Assembly: GCF_964204645.1 (NCBI RefSeq)
Contig: NC_134028.1
Coordinates: 4,898,001-4,962,000, forward strand
DNA from: Tubulanus polymorphus
Taxonomy: Eukaryota; Animalia; Nemertea
DNA: 64,000 nt
Direction: 5' to 3'
Below the pieces are notes generated by a model that did not search any database, had not been told where the DNA came from, and worked only from the letters and a program-made list of their open reading frames with translations. Below are positions 52,389-64,000 of this stretch, piece after piece. The stretch's first letter is position 1. Every line of letters starts with the position of its first letter. Made by a program: the position numbers and the translations under genes.

Positions 52389-53245
52389 GGGTGTGCAGAA
52401 TATGCAGTGAAACTTGCTTTTTGGTCTAGTTATCCAAATGACGACTAACACATGGTAAATAGAATAAGAACCACACATTGATGTTAAAATAACAGAAAGG
52501 ACTTGTGATGAATGATTATCCGATGATCACTTGAAGCGAGTTTGACTGTAATTTCATTCATTTTCCCTTTAAGTGAATAGTCCGATGAGTTGGCCATGTC
52601 CGAGTTAGGCGAGGTTTACTGTACGACAAAATATCCATCTGAAATTTTCGTTTGAAATCATGATTTTTTTCTACGGATTTCAATCATTTTTGTGATCTTT
52701 ACGTTTCGAAATTCTAACAATCGTACCGGGTACGTGAAAATGAATTGTGAAATTTGATGGTTGTGCCCTAGTCGAAAATACGTGCCTATTGAACATACGA
52801 CAGATAGCATACGTGTTCTATGGAAGAATATATCTGGTATGGATGATCAAATCGTTTCAGCTTGTTCAAAATAAAAACAACCTTGCATTTTCAAACAAGA
52901 ATATGGGTTTAGCAATATATTGCTGTGTATGTGTTATTATTATAGAATTATATGATTATTATCCTTGTCATTACAGTATCTATCATTATATGCCAAATGG
53001 CCTATGCACATTCCATGAATGATCAGACAGAATCTATTTTTTGAGTCGTGTGAATGCATTGTTTCTATACGAGGATGGTGAAATTTCTTGCCAGCAGCAG
53101 TAGTTTTAATATATTTCAATAATTCTTTTGTGAGTAGTAATTGTGTGAGGAAATGTGTGAGAGATTCAGTGGAACCTCGTTATAATATGAACTTCAGGGT
53201 GCAGTTTAACAAAAAGGAATTAGGCTAAAAATGCTTTAAAATCTT

Positions 53246-53367
53246 GTCCAGTTGCACAGTCATGGCTTAAACTTGAGATCAGTCTATAACTAGTTCTATA
53301 GCCTATCTAAAATCGTGAGACCAGTCTTTAAATATTTGAGACCACTTTTGTACTGTGCAACTGAGCC
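53246..53367. mobile_element. MITE, TIR CAGTTGCACAGT/ACTGTGCAACTG
   Basis: Perfect 12-bp inverted repeat at 53249-53260 and 53352-53363; interior resembles the copy at 37439-37569. Confidence 0.75.
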
Positions 53368-55203
53368 CTGGAGCTTACTGTAGTAAGACCCAACCCTGTT
53401 AGGACTTAAAATCAAGTCCCTCAAATCATTGAAACCTGTAGGATTGTAGTTCAAACAGTTTTGATCAATAACTAGGATATTCTCATCTTTGAATATATTT
53501 TCTATTGAATGAAACGGATATAATAATCCTGGTGATGATAGTTCGCTGTAGTTTGGAATTATCCCGATTTGAAATAATGAATACACCGTTTATGATAACA
53601 GGCAGTGTGGTAATACGTTCATTTCTCAGAAACAATGTATTTGTAAATAGAACAGTGCGGTCCTCAATGTAAATATTGCAGACAGAACTCCTTCACACAA
53701 CTCTTTTTGCGTTCGGTGAATTGATTTAATCAGTTCTCCTTACCGCGCGATATCACTCCGACGAGATCTTTTTAAAAAAAAAGGTATATCTTTCTGGAAA
53801 GTTAAATTCCGTTCCACTGAGAAAGTGATGACATCACCGCGATTACCATGGCAACATTGATCAATAACCATTTATCGAGTTAACGAAATAAAATCGCTTG
53901 TATTTTATCCAAGCTGATGTCATAGGTGGAATAAAGGAGGCAGCCATTGTCTCTTGATGGTTTGTAAATTATTGATTAGATATCGTTAATTGTTTCGTTA
54001 CTCATTATTTCAGTTATTGAATAATTTTTAACGCATGTAATGCTGAATATTAATGAACCTTCATTGATTGATTGATAATTATAATTTTAATTGCGTAAAC
54101 GTTAGTTATATTCGCTGTAAACTATAATTAGCTTCAGACGTTTGAAGTTCAATCGAGCACATTTTCATTTTGCTGATTTTCTCCTCATTTCTTACTGTCT
54201 TTCTCAAATAAATCTTGTATGGATATAAATGAACAATGCAGACGCGATGTCAATTAGCAGGAATGTTTTTTACTCTGGATTATGCTTGTACTGTACGCGT
54301 ATATTTTGAAATTAGATTCGAAGTCTGGTATTTGATTTCGACTTGTGCGGCATGTTAGAAGATTTATCTTCAAGCGTTACATTGAAACCAGGCCCTAGAA
54401 TCTTGAGATATAAATCTTACGGTTATTACAACGCTGAATATATTCTTAATATCGCCATACAATCCAGACATACATTGAGTGTATGATGTCTGTATCTCCG
54501 GCTGCTTAGAGTTAGAGTAGCTTCTATTGATTTTCACTATTATAAATATGGCGTAATTTTACCCAAGCGAGGCAGGAGCATGTCATAAAATAAAATGAGC
54601 AAGTAATAGATATTTGATGAATGTCCGGGCTACGACGATTCGCGAGGGGGATGTTTCTACGACGCGCTGTGACTCGCGTGATTGATGTTTCATACGTCTG
54701 CCCATCTGTCTCTCCCCGGATCAATAATACACTCGGTATTATGTATGATTCTATGAAAATAATCATAAATTTCGTAAGGATTATTTGGTTAACATCTTGT
54801 AGATGATTTGTAAAGCCCAGATCGCGCTGGTGTCACCTTTATCGTCAATAAGACGTTTTAAGGGATTAGCTATTCTCGGTTTCATCGATGAAATATTCGC
54901 ATAGTCAGAATTACTTACATATCAAATCAAATTATAATGATTTATAGCTGAACGGGACGAGTAGATTCCTGATTTAAACTACTTCAGCTGTGTTCGGCAT
55001 AATAACCACGAACGAATGAGCCATTCTTGACGACAATGTAACGTGAAGGATTTAACTTCAATCTTAGTCGGAGTTATTCTGAATCCATTGTGGAGCTTTT
55101 ACTTAGCAAGCATTTTGGTGGAATGATTTTGTCGAAAATTGATTTGACGACTCCTCAGTTGTTCTCGTATAAATAGCGTTGTATGAAAAGTGGTCATACA
55201 AAT

Positions 55204-55204
<1 letters not shown>

Positions 55205-55236
<32 letters not shown>
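55205..55236. repeat. (ATT)n microsatellite
   Basis: Direct reading. Confidence 0.9.
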
Positions 55237-55239
<3 letters not shown>

Positions 55240-56862
55240 CGTATTGGATGTTTATATTTTTCTGAAGGAAAAAAATGTGTTCAGTTGTTTTAATTAGTTA
55301 ATTGATAATGAATTAATGTTAATTGTTTTATATCTTTATTCCTGCGAACTACCTTAATAATAATGATGATATTGATCATCATGATTAACAAACAAAAAAA
55401 ATTAACTAGGAACGACAATGTCACGACCAATGATTACGATATTATAATATTCACCGAGGCAACTTTTAACTATCAAAATACTGCTGGTAAAATTCTGTGT
55501 ATTGTATAGATAAACTGATCTGCCATTATTTAGTTGAGATGTGTACGATGATAATTTTCTATCAATCTAGTCAACTACAAAGAGACAATGATAAATGACA
55601 AAATCTTAGTTTTAGATGTATTTAACTATGACACGCTAGAAGAGTAACTATTGATCAAACACTCTTGAGGCCGTGTTGTTACGATAATATTGAAAATCCC
55701 ACAAGAAGAATTTTAAAAAGTAGATTCCGAAATGTTTCCTAGTTCATTCTTAATGTGGGATTTTGTATTAACGCAATAAAGATGAGGCTAGTTCTAGTTT
55801 TAGAAATCAGTCTGGAGATGTGAGCGTATTTGGAAGTGCCCGGTAAAGTTTTGGTAAATGTAGACAGCACTGTCGGGTGTGGTCACTGTTATAACCACAC
55901 CTATAATAGTGTAGACACTCATGTGTGGTTGACCTATTCCTCCTAGTCTAATGATGAATGATATTCTAATTACGAAATAATGAGTTGATTTGATCGAACA
56001 GCAAGTTTGCAGTCTCTGATTCAACTATAACTGTCTAATTTATCAGTTTCCATATTTCATAATTGATAAAATGGGGGAGGGGAGGGTAAGCAGGGGCTGC
56101 CTTGCTGTACAGATTGAATAAACCATGTACCTTTTGCTTCTGTGTCGACTGCATTGTAGATTTACTGTTGTCAGAGAATAAATTATTCAAATATTTGGAA
56201 TCGAGTTTTGTTCTGTTGTTGATTTGGTCGGATGATCTCTCTCTCTCTCTTGGTAGCACTATTTTAGTGAGTAGCACCCATGATAGACATCGTAATTGCT
56301 CAAGATTTGTGATCTTTATCTCGATCTTGATCCATCACACAACAGATGAACCCTGTACACAAACTCTTTGTCTTTGTGAAAGGCAAGCATAAATCCGAGC
56401 CTTAATTTTTCTAGAGAGTAGCACTAGTTAGACTTGCTACAAACGACCTAAGGATGAAGAATGCTGGATGATGTCTGGATGACCGCTAAACAATAAAATA
56501 CACCTTCAAATGCATCGAAAGGAATACGAATTGACTTATTCTCATCATAAAGATTTTATTGTTTGACTTAGTATCAATAACAACAGAAATGACGGATACA
56601 TTTTAGAAAAATTTGAGAACTAGAGAGACATATAACAAGATACTTTCAAACACTCTTGAGACGCCGAGTATAAACTGAATACATGTACATACAATTAGAA
56701 TTATCCGTATGAGGGATTTCGGTTGCATAGAACTGAATGAAAAGAACTGAGCAAAATACATCACAGTAATCAATGACTTCCCGAGGAAATCATCAAACAA
56801 AAACAAGATATATGAAGAACGATTTATCAGTAAAAACAAATTCTATGAACTTAAGAGCTTTT

Positions 56863-56953
56863 AAACTATCCAATAGATGGTACGGTTGGTTACATCTATC
56901 CAATCCATGGTACGGTAGGTATAAACTATCCAATACATGATAAAGTTGGTTTA
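56863..56953. repeat. 30-bp tandem repeat x3
   Basis: AAACTATCCAATAGATGGTACGGTTGGTTA-like units. Confidence 0.75.
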
Positions 56954-57086
56954 AAGAATTTAACTAGCCTAATAATAAATGCATTGATTGAAAATACAAT
57001 AAATGACTAATAATAAATCTATTAGTATACAGCGGAACAATGCTAAATAAGGATTAATTCGATGAGGTTGAACTTCAGAATTTCGA

Positions 57087-59790
57087 TTATGTAACGACAA
57101 CTTCCATTTTTGATGCCATCTCTTGAACGATGGCATCCATTCGTCCGCAGAACATTAACATGCCGGTATCTTCATCGTAGTTCATATTAAACACATCCGC
57201 ATTGTTGGCACTTACGTAGATTTCCGGACAAGATAATTTCAAAACTTGTAGATCGGAAGTTTTAGCGAACGCTCGCACGGCCTCGGTCACCGTCGGATCG
57301 GTGAAACGATTATGATTCACGTTGAGGAATCGAAGTTCGTCGAGACTCGAAGCCAGCGAAACCAACGTCAATAAATCGACGTCGTTCAACTTACAATCTT
57401 CGATCTCCAGTATTTTCAGCGATGATTTGCAGGCGACGAGTAAATTTCGAACGGCGCGATTACAATCGGAGAAATGATTCTCGCTGAGATCGAGTTCGAC
57501 GAGCGCCGTCGCGTGACGAGACCGCGCTAAGTACTCGAGGTCTTCGCTCGTCAGACGGCATCCGTTGAGGCACAAATGTTGAAGCGGCATCGCGACATTT
57601 TCTAGAAGTAGAAACAGACTATTTCGCACCCAACAATTACTCAAATCTAGTCGTCGGATGAATTTCATTTGTTTGAGGACGTTTCGTACAGCGTCGCATG
57701 CCGCGCGATTGTGAATTAACACGAGACCGTTACACGATATATCGAGTTCGGTGACGTTATGACATTGTTGTAATACCGGCGCCAGGGTTACCATACTATC
57801 ACTGGTTAATGAGTTATACTGTAATCTCAATGACAACAATCGCTGAAAAAGAGGAAATACATTGAGATGTAATTTTCCATCCAGTTCCATCACAATTCTA
57901 GGACTAGGCTTGTGACAGTTAAAACATTGGATATCAACTTTTAATCAGGAGTGGAACTCAACCGAGTTTTGTGGCACTGGATCCATGTAGGTGAAATGAG
58001 ATAGTCACCCAGTTCAACAGACCAGTTATCGTTTGACTTTTAAAGTAAACAAATTGAAATTGAACTTGTTCAATTCTAGAGTTACATTTAACCAAGAAAT
58101 GTTGTTGGAACTGCGAGGATGTTTCTAGATGAGCTCAGATTCAATACAGACAAACTCAAGCGAGAACTACAAACCAGTTCCTGTAGCCTGATACAATATA
58201 TCTATCATATACCTCTTTATCAACTTCAGTAAGAACTTGTCCTATAACACCCTCGCCGAGACAAGTTAAATCCAGTTTATTCACTTCAATACGCAGTGTA
58301 CAGTTATCGGATACTTGAGCCGCTTTGATTAGTTCCAATGCTAGTTGTTTTGTGCGCACAAACGCATCTAATCTTACAACATCTATGAGAAAACAAGAAA
58401 AATACATAAATAAAGACAGTTCGGACCAGAGAGACAAAGCATAGATACAGGGGCGGGTCCGAAGACATACTTTCATAGAGCTCTGTAGGTACAAAGCCAA
58501 ATCAGGAGTCTAGAAAATTCTAGAAATTATTTCAAATGCAACTTCCAGGTGAGTAATATTTTAGTGATATCTAAAAGAAAATTTGCCCCGAAGAAAGTTG
58601 CTTTAGTTTTTCAAAAAGGTGCAGGTGAATGTGCGATGGGAGCACACGTGGAATCGACCGTGATATTGCAGAAACTTACATTGTTCATCGGGAAATGTTT
58701 CATCGACTGTATAATTCGCCTGTGGAAGGTGAGGTATTTGTTCTCTGCATTCGTTGTACAATTTGATTATTTCTCTTTGTCGATTTTCATTGAATACGAG
58801 TAAACAGTGAGAACATAAATAATGAGTGATCACATCCGCTGAAAATATTCAATATTCCTCCATAGAGTTAGACAACTATACAGTCAAGAAATAAAATCAA
58901 AAAATATTAGCGAAAAATAGAGTATATATGTTTCCTTGACCCAGTATTCCTGAAGATAATTAGGATAAAGTCAATATGTCAAATAAACTACTAGCTCAAG
59001 GAAACTTTTTGGACTCTTTCATATTCTTAGGCTGAAAACAATTGATACCTTGTTTCTCCGCTCTGCTGAGCTTGAAAGTTTACCCGGCCGGCGGCCTATC
59101 TACCCTATACATTACTTTTTTTAAAAATCGTGATCAATTTTACAATAACAGACCCGGCCGCTTTAGAAATGAACTGTATACAAATTTTATCATATTTTAC
59201 AAAAAAGACCCGGCCGCTGGGGAGAAACATGGTATCATTTTTGTTTAGCCTTATAATGACATTTTATATTTTTGTTTGAACACATATAAAGAGTTTAATC
59301 TATGTAACAGTAAGGAAATAAATGTAAAACTAAACTGACCGACTGGAAATCCTGACAAATCCATAAACTTCAATTTCGAAGGAGATCTTTTCTTTCGACA
59401 GTCTAAGAAGTTCGTCACTAGAGTCGTTGTATATTTGAGACCGCGGCGTACTTTCTTAATCTTGAGATCACAGTCGTGCAGTATGAGTAGATTGTCGTCT
59501 ATTACAGGCGCGATATTCTTCAGTATCAGTTTCTGCCACGGCCATTTATGAATGAGAACGGCGACCGAGGCATCTCTCTCGTAGAGCAACGCCGCTTGCA
59601 TCAGATTTATAAACAATTCTGTGGGTATGAAATCCAAGCAAGCGTGCGTCACAGAAGATGATTCGACTATTTTAGCTGCAGCGATGTCGACTAATGGAGC
59701 TATAGGTTTGTCTAGAGATAAGTTTATATCATCAGCCAGTTTCAGCGGATAACACGCCCCCTTACAGTTAAACATAAATGATTTATCCAT
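57087..59790 (-). CDS. LRRC14: Leucine-rich repeat protein 14-like (PRAME/LRRC14 family)
   Basis: Exons 59790-59340, 58838-58680, 58382-58213, 57842-57087. BC-box-like PLVDIAAAKIV, LDFIPTELFINLMQAAL, LIHKWPWQKL, KLKFMDLSG, C-terminal RI-type LRRs (LDISCN, LDLSNC, LCLNGC, LDLSEN). 5'-UTR exons extend to ~60950. Confidence 0.82.
59030..59250. mobile_element. Non-autonomous DNA transposon with TTA target-site duplication (PIF/Harbinger- or Zator-type) in LRRC14 intron
   Basis: TTA|GGCTGAAAACAATTGATACCTTGTTTCTCC ... GGAGAAACATGGTATCATTTTTGTTTAGCC|TTA, with three internal CCCGGCCG motifs. Confidence 0.8.
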
Positions 59791-59898
59791 AGTTGTTTCT
59801 GCTTCAACTGGAATGAGATATCATCATTAAAGAAATTGTTTAATCGCTATCAGAGTAATGCTTCAGGTTACCTAATATCAAAAAACTTCAGCGTCAGG

Positions 59899-60023
59899 GG
59901 TCAGTTGCTCAAAAGTTGATTTTTAGTTAACTAGTGGATAATTTAGTGGTTATCAAAAGTTCATTGTTACTAACGTATTAAATATCCGCCAGTTATCTTT
60001 AACCAACTTTTGAGCAACTGGCC
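59899..60023. mobile_element. MITE, ~20-bp TIR GG(T/C)CAGTTGCTCAAAAGTTG
   Basis: GGTCAGTTGCTCAAAAGTTG ... CAACTTTTGAGCAACTGGCC. Confidence 0.85.
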
Positions 60024-60555
60024 AATCATTTTCTTATTTCCTTTGACCTCTTTTTTCTAATCCTTAACCGAGACTTCACTCAATTTTGTCAGTCCCATTT
60101 TAACTGAGGTGAGGTTTACTGTACCCTCAATTTCTGGTTAGAAACTTAAGAGAACTTCATCTAGGCCTAAAAGTTGTAGGTGCTTACCTCGTCTAGATAT
60201 GAATAGGATTGAAATCAAATTTCAACTATTGAGTGCTTTTATGAAGATTTGTGAATAGATCGATTCTAACTAAATGGATTCATATGATTTTCAAAAATAT
60301 CTTTCCACTGTAAGCCACACTTAATACGGCCAATAAGCAATGGATTTTCAGAGAAAGTATATTTGTTAAGATTTCTCTATAAATAGTTCACTGAGGTCAC
60401 TGGCGCTAAAAATACTTTTTCACAATTTTAGACAAACTAGTTATTGGCAATTGATCCATGCCTTGCGGCTTTGGGTCAACTTAAGTACAGGTCTTCCATA
60501 ATCAGAATCGATCGAACAATGATTCCAAACCTCTTGAAGGTTTAAAATTTCACAC

Positions 60556-60705
60556 AGGGGCTCGTAGGCCTATCAAAGATGTGGTTGCTGTAAAAACGAT
60601 AATCTGTTTACTAATCCAGAGTCTGAACTGATGAAATAATAGTATAGATTAACAGATAACCTTGTAACAAATTTTTCAGCAACCAATACTCTGATACGAG
60701 CCCCT
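60556..60705. mobile_element. MITE, TIR AGGGGCTCGTA
   Basis: AGGGGCTCGTA...TGGTTGCTG(T)AAAA vs TTTTTCAGCAACCA...TACGAGCCCCT. Confidence 0.75.
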
Positions 60706-60952
60706 ACGAATAACTGTAGTCAAGGGTGTTCCAGCCTAAAAATATTTTGGGCCATATTATTTGACATTTCTTTTTAATTTTTAGGCAATTTTCATAAACA
60801 ACTTTTTATCTGCTTCATTTCACATTCTGCGTCGTGAGAAAAATAACCACAATTTCATGCAATATTTAGCAGTTCTAAATTAACTCAGAAAACAACAATA
60901 CTCACCTCATTGCATTGGGAAAAAGGAATTTTTTTCATCAGCACCCTTCAAT

Positions 60953-61027
60953 TTACATTAATTGAATTGATTCAAGATGGCGGCGCCCATTACATTAATT
61001 GAATTGATTCAAGATGGCGGCGCCCAT
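60953..61027 (+). repeat. Exact 37-bp tandem duplication spanning the ATPAF2 start codon (TISU/YY1 element CAAGATGGCGGC x2)
   Basis: TTACATTAATTGAATTGATTCAAGATGGCGGCGCCCA repeated twice; ATGs at 60977 and 61014. Confidence 0.95.
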
Positions 61028-63366
61028 GAAAATATTTCGAAGCGCTTTGAGTTTAAAAACTTCACTTTTGCGCCGGAATGGTCTCAGTTTATTGAGAAAT
61101 ACAGCCAGATTCGAATCTACAGCAGAGAACAGTATGTAAATGACGTATCTGTTATAATCGTCTGATGTTTGATTGATCAGAAAACCGTGACATTTCAGTC
61201 CAAACAGACTTCAGACTTAATTTCAAGACAAATTAAAATCAAACTTTATTGTACTGAGTTATATATTTCACTTTTTTTACAGAAGAAGCTTCTATTCATA
61301 AACTACAAAGAGAATTAGATAAAGAGATATTTACACATACTAAAACAGGTAGCCTTTTAAAACATTACCAAAATACTAAAACCAAAACTTTTAATTTAGT
61401 ATTTTCTGTCGTGACGAATTTTGTGTGTTTGTTTATTTCTAGATATCAATCGTTTCTATAAAACTGCGTCAATAGTTAAAGTGGATGGAACCGGTATGTA
61501 TGACAAGCATTGATCTTAATCTATAAACCTCAAGCCTAAATCATCATCTGTGAAGGATGTCATAGGGCCGTGAGAGTCAGTGGTGTTCACTCATTGCTGT
61601 AGCTAGGATTCAGTGTTGTTTGGAAAAAGACAGAGATTGGTTGATTTAATTCATTCATAAGCAGATAAATATGATATATCAACTCATTGATTAGCTGATG
61701 GATTTTATACTCTTTCATGAGATTAATTGGCGTAAAAAATGATTGGAAATAGTATGATACAATTTATTTGAGTTGTTTTTTCTCTGGCAGCTGATTCATA
61801 TGAAATACTCCTCGATCACAGAAAACTGAAAACACCGGGACGGAATGTATTCGTTGTACCGAACAGAGCACTGGCGCACGCTGTGGAAGTGGAATGGATG
61901 TCGCAAGAGAAAAAAATAGAGCGTCATACGATGCACCTGGTAACTACTGTCAAATTTATTGTCACTTTCAATTTTCAGTTCCAATTTGCATTTTCAAGTT
62001 ATCTATATTTTTAGTCCTCATTTGTATTTCTGATTCAATTATTTCACTATAAGTTTAAGTTGTCATTTGAATAAGTCATCAACATAATGATCATCACAAC
62101 TACCGTACAAAGACTTAATTGTAGCTAATTTTATATTTCAATTTTAGTTTAAATCTTTAACCCTTTCTTTTCACAGACACATTTGTGTAATATGGCAATT
62201 GATAACCCGACTAAACGAACTAAAGAAACAGTAGTTGATGGAATTCTCAGTTATCTAGAAACTGATACTTTATGGTAAATAAATTCAATCTTCAATAGAC
62301 CGTAATTTTAATGATTTCACAGTTAGACCGTAATTTTAATGATTTCACAGTTAAAGGGTTAATACCATGTTTCATCCACAGTTATCGAATTGATGAACCG
62401 GAGGAGCTGAAACAATATCAAGACAAATATTGGAACCCGATCATTGAATGGGCAGAAAAGAGGTGATTATTGAAACTTATATGAACTGTAGCTGTAACTG
62501 TGTTAATGAATTATGTAAATATGATGTCAAACTGTCATGAACATCATTTTGATTATGTTTGTTTGAAACAGGTATGATGTCAAACTGCCGTGTACATCGG
62601 GATTCTCAATGACGGAATTACCGGAAGAAACAAAACGTTTATTTCGTCAGCATTTACTCTCACACACAGAATGGTCATTAGTTGGTGAGTTCTGTTCAGA
62701 TTTCTTTTGTCTTGGATTAAAAGTTAACCAATGTTTTCTAACGATTATGTGTTTTTTCAATCATTTTAGGTTACCAGTATTCAACTGAAGCGTTGAAGTC
62801 GTTTGTCTTGTCTTTAGCTCTGATGGATAAACACATCTCAGTAGAAGATGCCGTTAAATTAGCTCGATTAGAGACCGTCTATCAGGTAAAACAACCTGAC
62901 ACTGCTGAAATATCACCTTTAACTTTCAATCTTTCTCAACTCTCACTCTGCAGTGCCACCTCATCACAACGTTCTGGGGACTAGAACATCTGTTTGTTAT
63001 AACCAATAGTTCATTATATCCAGTATGAAATTATCAAAATTGTCCTATTTGAAATGAAATTCTGTGGTTATAATGTGGTTCCACTGTACATGAGACTCTA
63101 CTCAGTCCTCTCTTCTTGTCAGATTTACCGCTACTATTTGTCTTAGAAGATTCTTCATTTGCAAGAAGGAATTTATCTCTTAATTAACTTTAATTTATCT
63201 GTGATTCATTTGTTTGTTTGTACGATAGACTGATAAATGGGGAAGTGTTGAATGGTATCACGATGTTGAAGTTGCTGAATTACAATCGAAAGCGTCTGCT
63301 GCTGCTGTATTCACACATTTGTGCAATGAAACGACATATACAAAAACGAAAGGACAAAATAATTGA
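61014..63366 (+). CDS. ATPAF2: ATP synthase mitochondrial F1 complex assembly factor 2 (ATP12)
   Basis: Exons 61014-61131 (Arg/Ser/Leu-rich presequence), 61283-61348, 61443-61493 (RFYK), 61791-61939 (LDHRKLKTP...ALAHAVEVEW...MHL), 62177-62274 (LCNMAIDNP...YLETDTLC), 62382-62462, 62572-62684, 62770-62885 (LKSFVLSLAL...LARLE), 63229-63366 (KWGSVEWYHD). Confidence 0.95.
62296..62352. repeat. 28-bp tandem duplication in an ATPAF2 intron
   Basis: TAGACCGTAATTTTAATGATTTCACAGT x2. Confidence 0.85.
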
Positions 63367-64000
63367 AATATTTTTCCTCTGTTTTGCCGTCTGTAGTAGT
63401 AATAAAAAAAGTGATTTTTCAGAAACAATTAGAGTTTATTCAATGTATTCAGTGAATTCTCTAATGTTTTTCACAACCAAGGACGCAGCATTAGGTCACA
63501 GGTATTGATTTCTTCTGAATGTAATACTCAGTTCAGTCAGCCTAGATCCGACCAGGCGATGCCCTAAAACATGTATCATTGTTGTACATCAGCTTGTGCC
63601 TGACACTGATTTATCGTGCCATAGGTTCGAACTCGCCATCCCCCATCTGAGTCTACGCTCCTCCCTTTTTATTGGAGTTTGGTACAATGGTATCCAAGAC
63701 AATTATGCCACATAAAATTTATTTATAAATTTTGTTACAGATGCCAACCGTGGCAAGCGAGTGATAAGTTAGTTCACATATTCACCGCTAACGATAAATA
63801 AAGGGGCAGCACATGACGGGCAGAATGTGCCTTATAGATCAGTTCTAACTGTGGCACGCGACCATATGCGATATGTGGCTTTCCACATTTATTGGCTGTC
63901 CCTGGTTTGTGACAGCTAATTGTTTACTTTTTCAGTTGCTGCAATTATTTCTATTTTTTTATAAATATACAATTTGGTAAGTCGTATCTGGTATCACACG

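Noticed and set aside
57843-57893. ORF-track start MMELDGKLHLNVFPLFQ as part of LRRC14
   Set aside because: Intronic; the strong acceptor at 57843-57844 gives an in-phase join EVDKE|RLLSLRLQYN.
62157-62362. piggyBac-like ends TTAACCCTTT ... AAAGGGTTAA around an ATPAF2 exon
   Set aside because: The match is only ~10 bp, the left end is part of the polypyrimidine tract, and the enclosed exon is a conserved core ATP12 exon; likely coincidence.

Overview
Eukaryotic, AT-rich, gene-dense window from an invertebrate animal; probably a lophotrochozoan, though the taxon cannot be fixed from sequence alone. Most introns are short GT-AG introns. I could assemble 12 protein-coding genes by hand from splice sites and recognisable protein motifs: a partial DUF4062-NACHT gene (-), KAT8 (+), NME5 (-), FBF1 (+), PITPNC1 (+; 8-nt microexon followed by a 15.6-kb intron), an intronless rhodopsin-class GPCR (+), MRPS34 (-), an uncharacterised gene with a GARALAKH...GYGARW...FRGFLEP C-terminal domain (+), ARL4 (-), DCUN1D3 (+), an LRRC14/PRAME-family gene (-) and ATPAF2 (+). 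Ten of these form five head-to-head pairs. Non-coding features include several MITE families, SINE-like remnants, a 2.3-kb 39-bp minisatellite that is open in three reading frames, and an RFX X-box between two ciliary genes. The most notable observations are: the spliced gene whose C-terminus resembles bacterial polymorphic-toxin RNase domains; CTCF-like plus B-box-like clusters bracketing the GPCR on both sides; a 37-bp duplication of the ATPAF2 start/TISU element that creates an out-of-frame upstream ATG; and a candidate internal alternative first exon of PITPNC1. No rRNA, complete tRNA or CRISPR array was seen. All homology calls come from recognition by eye, not database searches.
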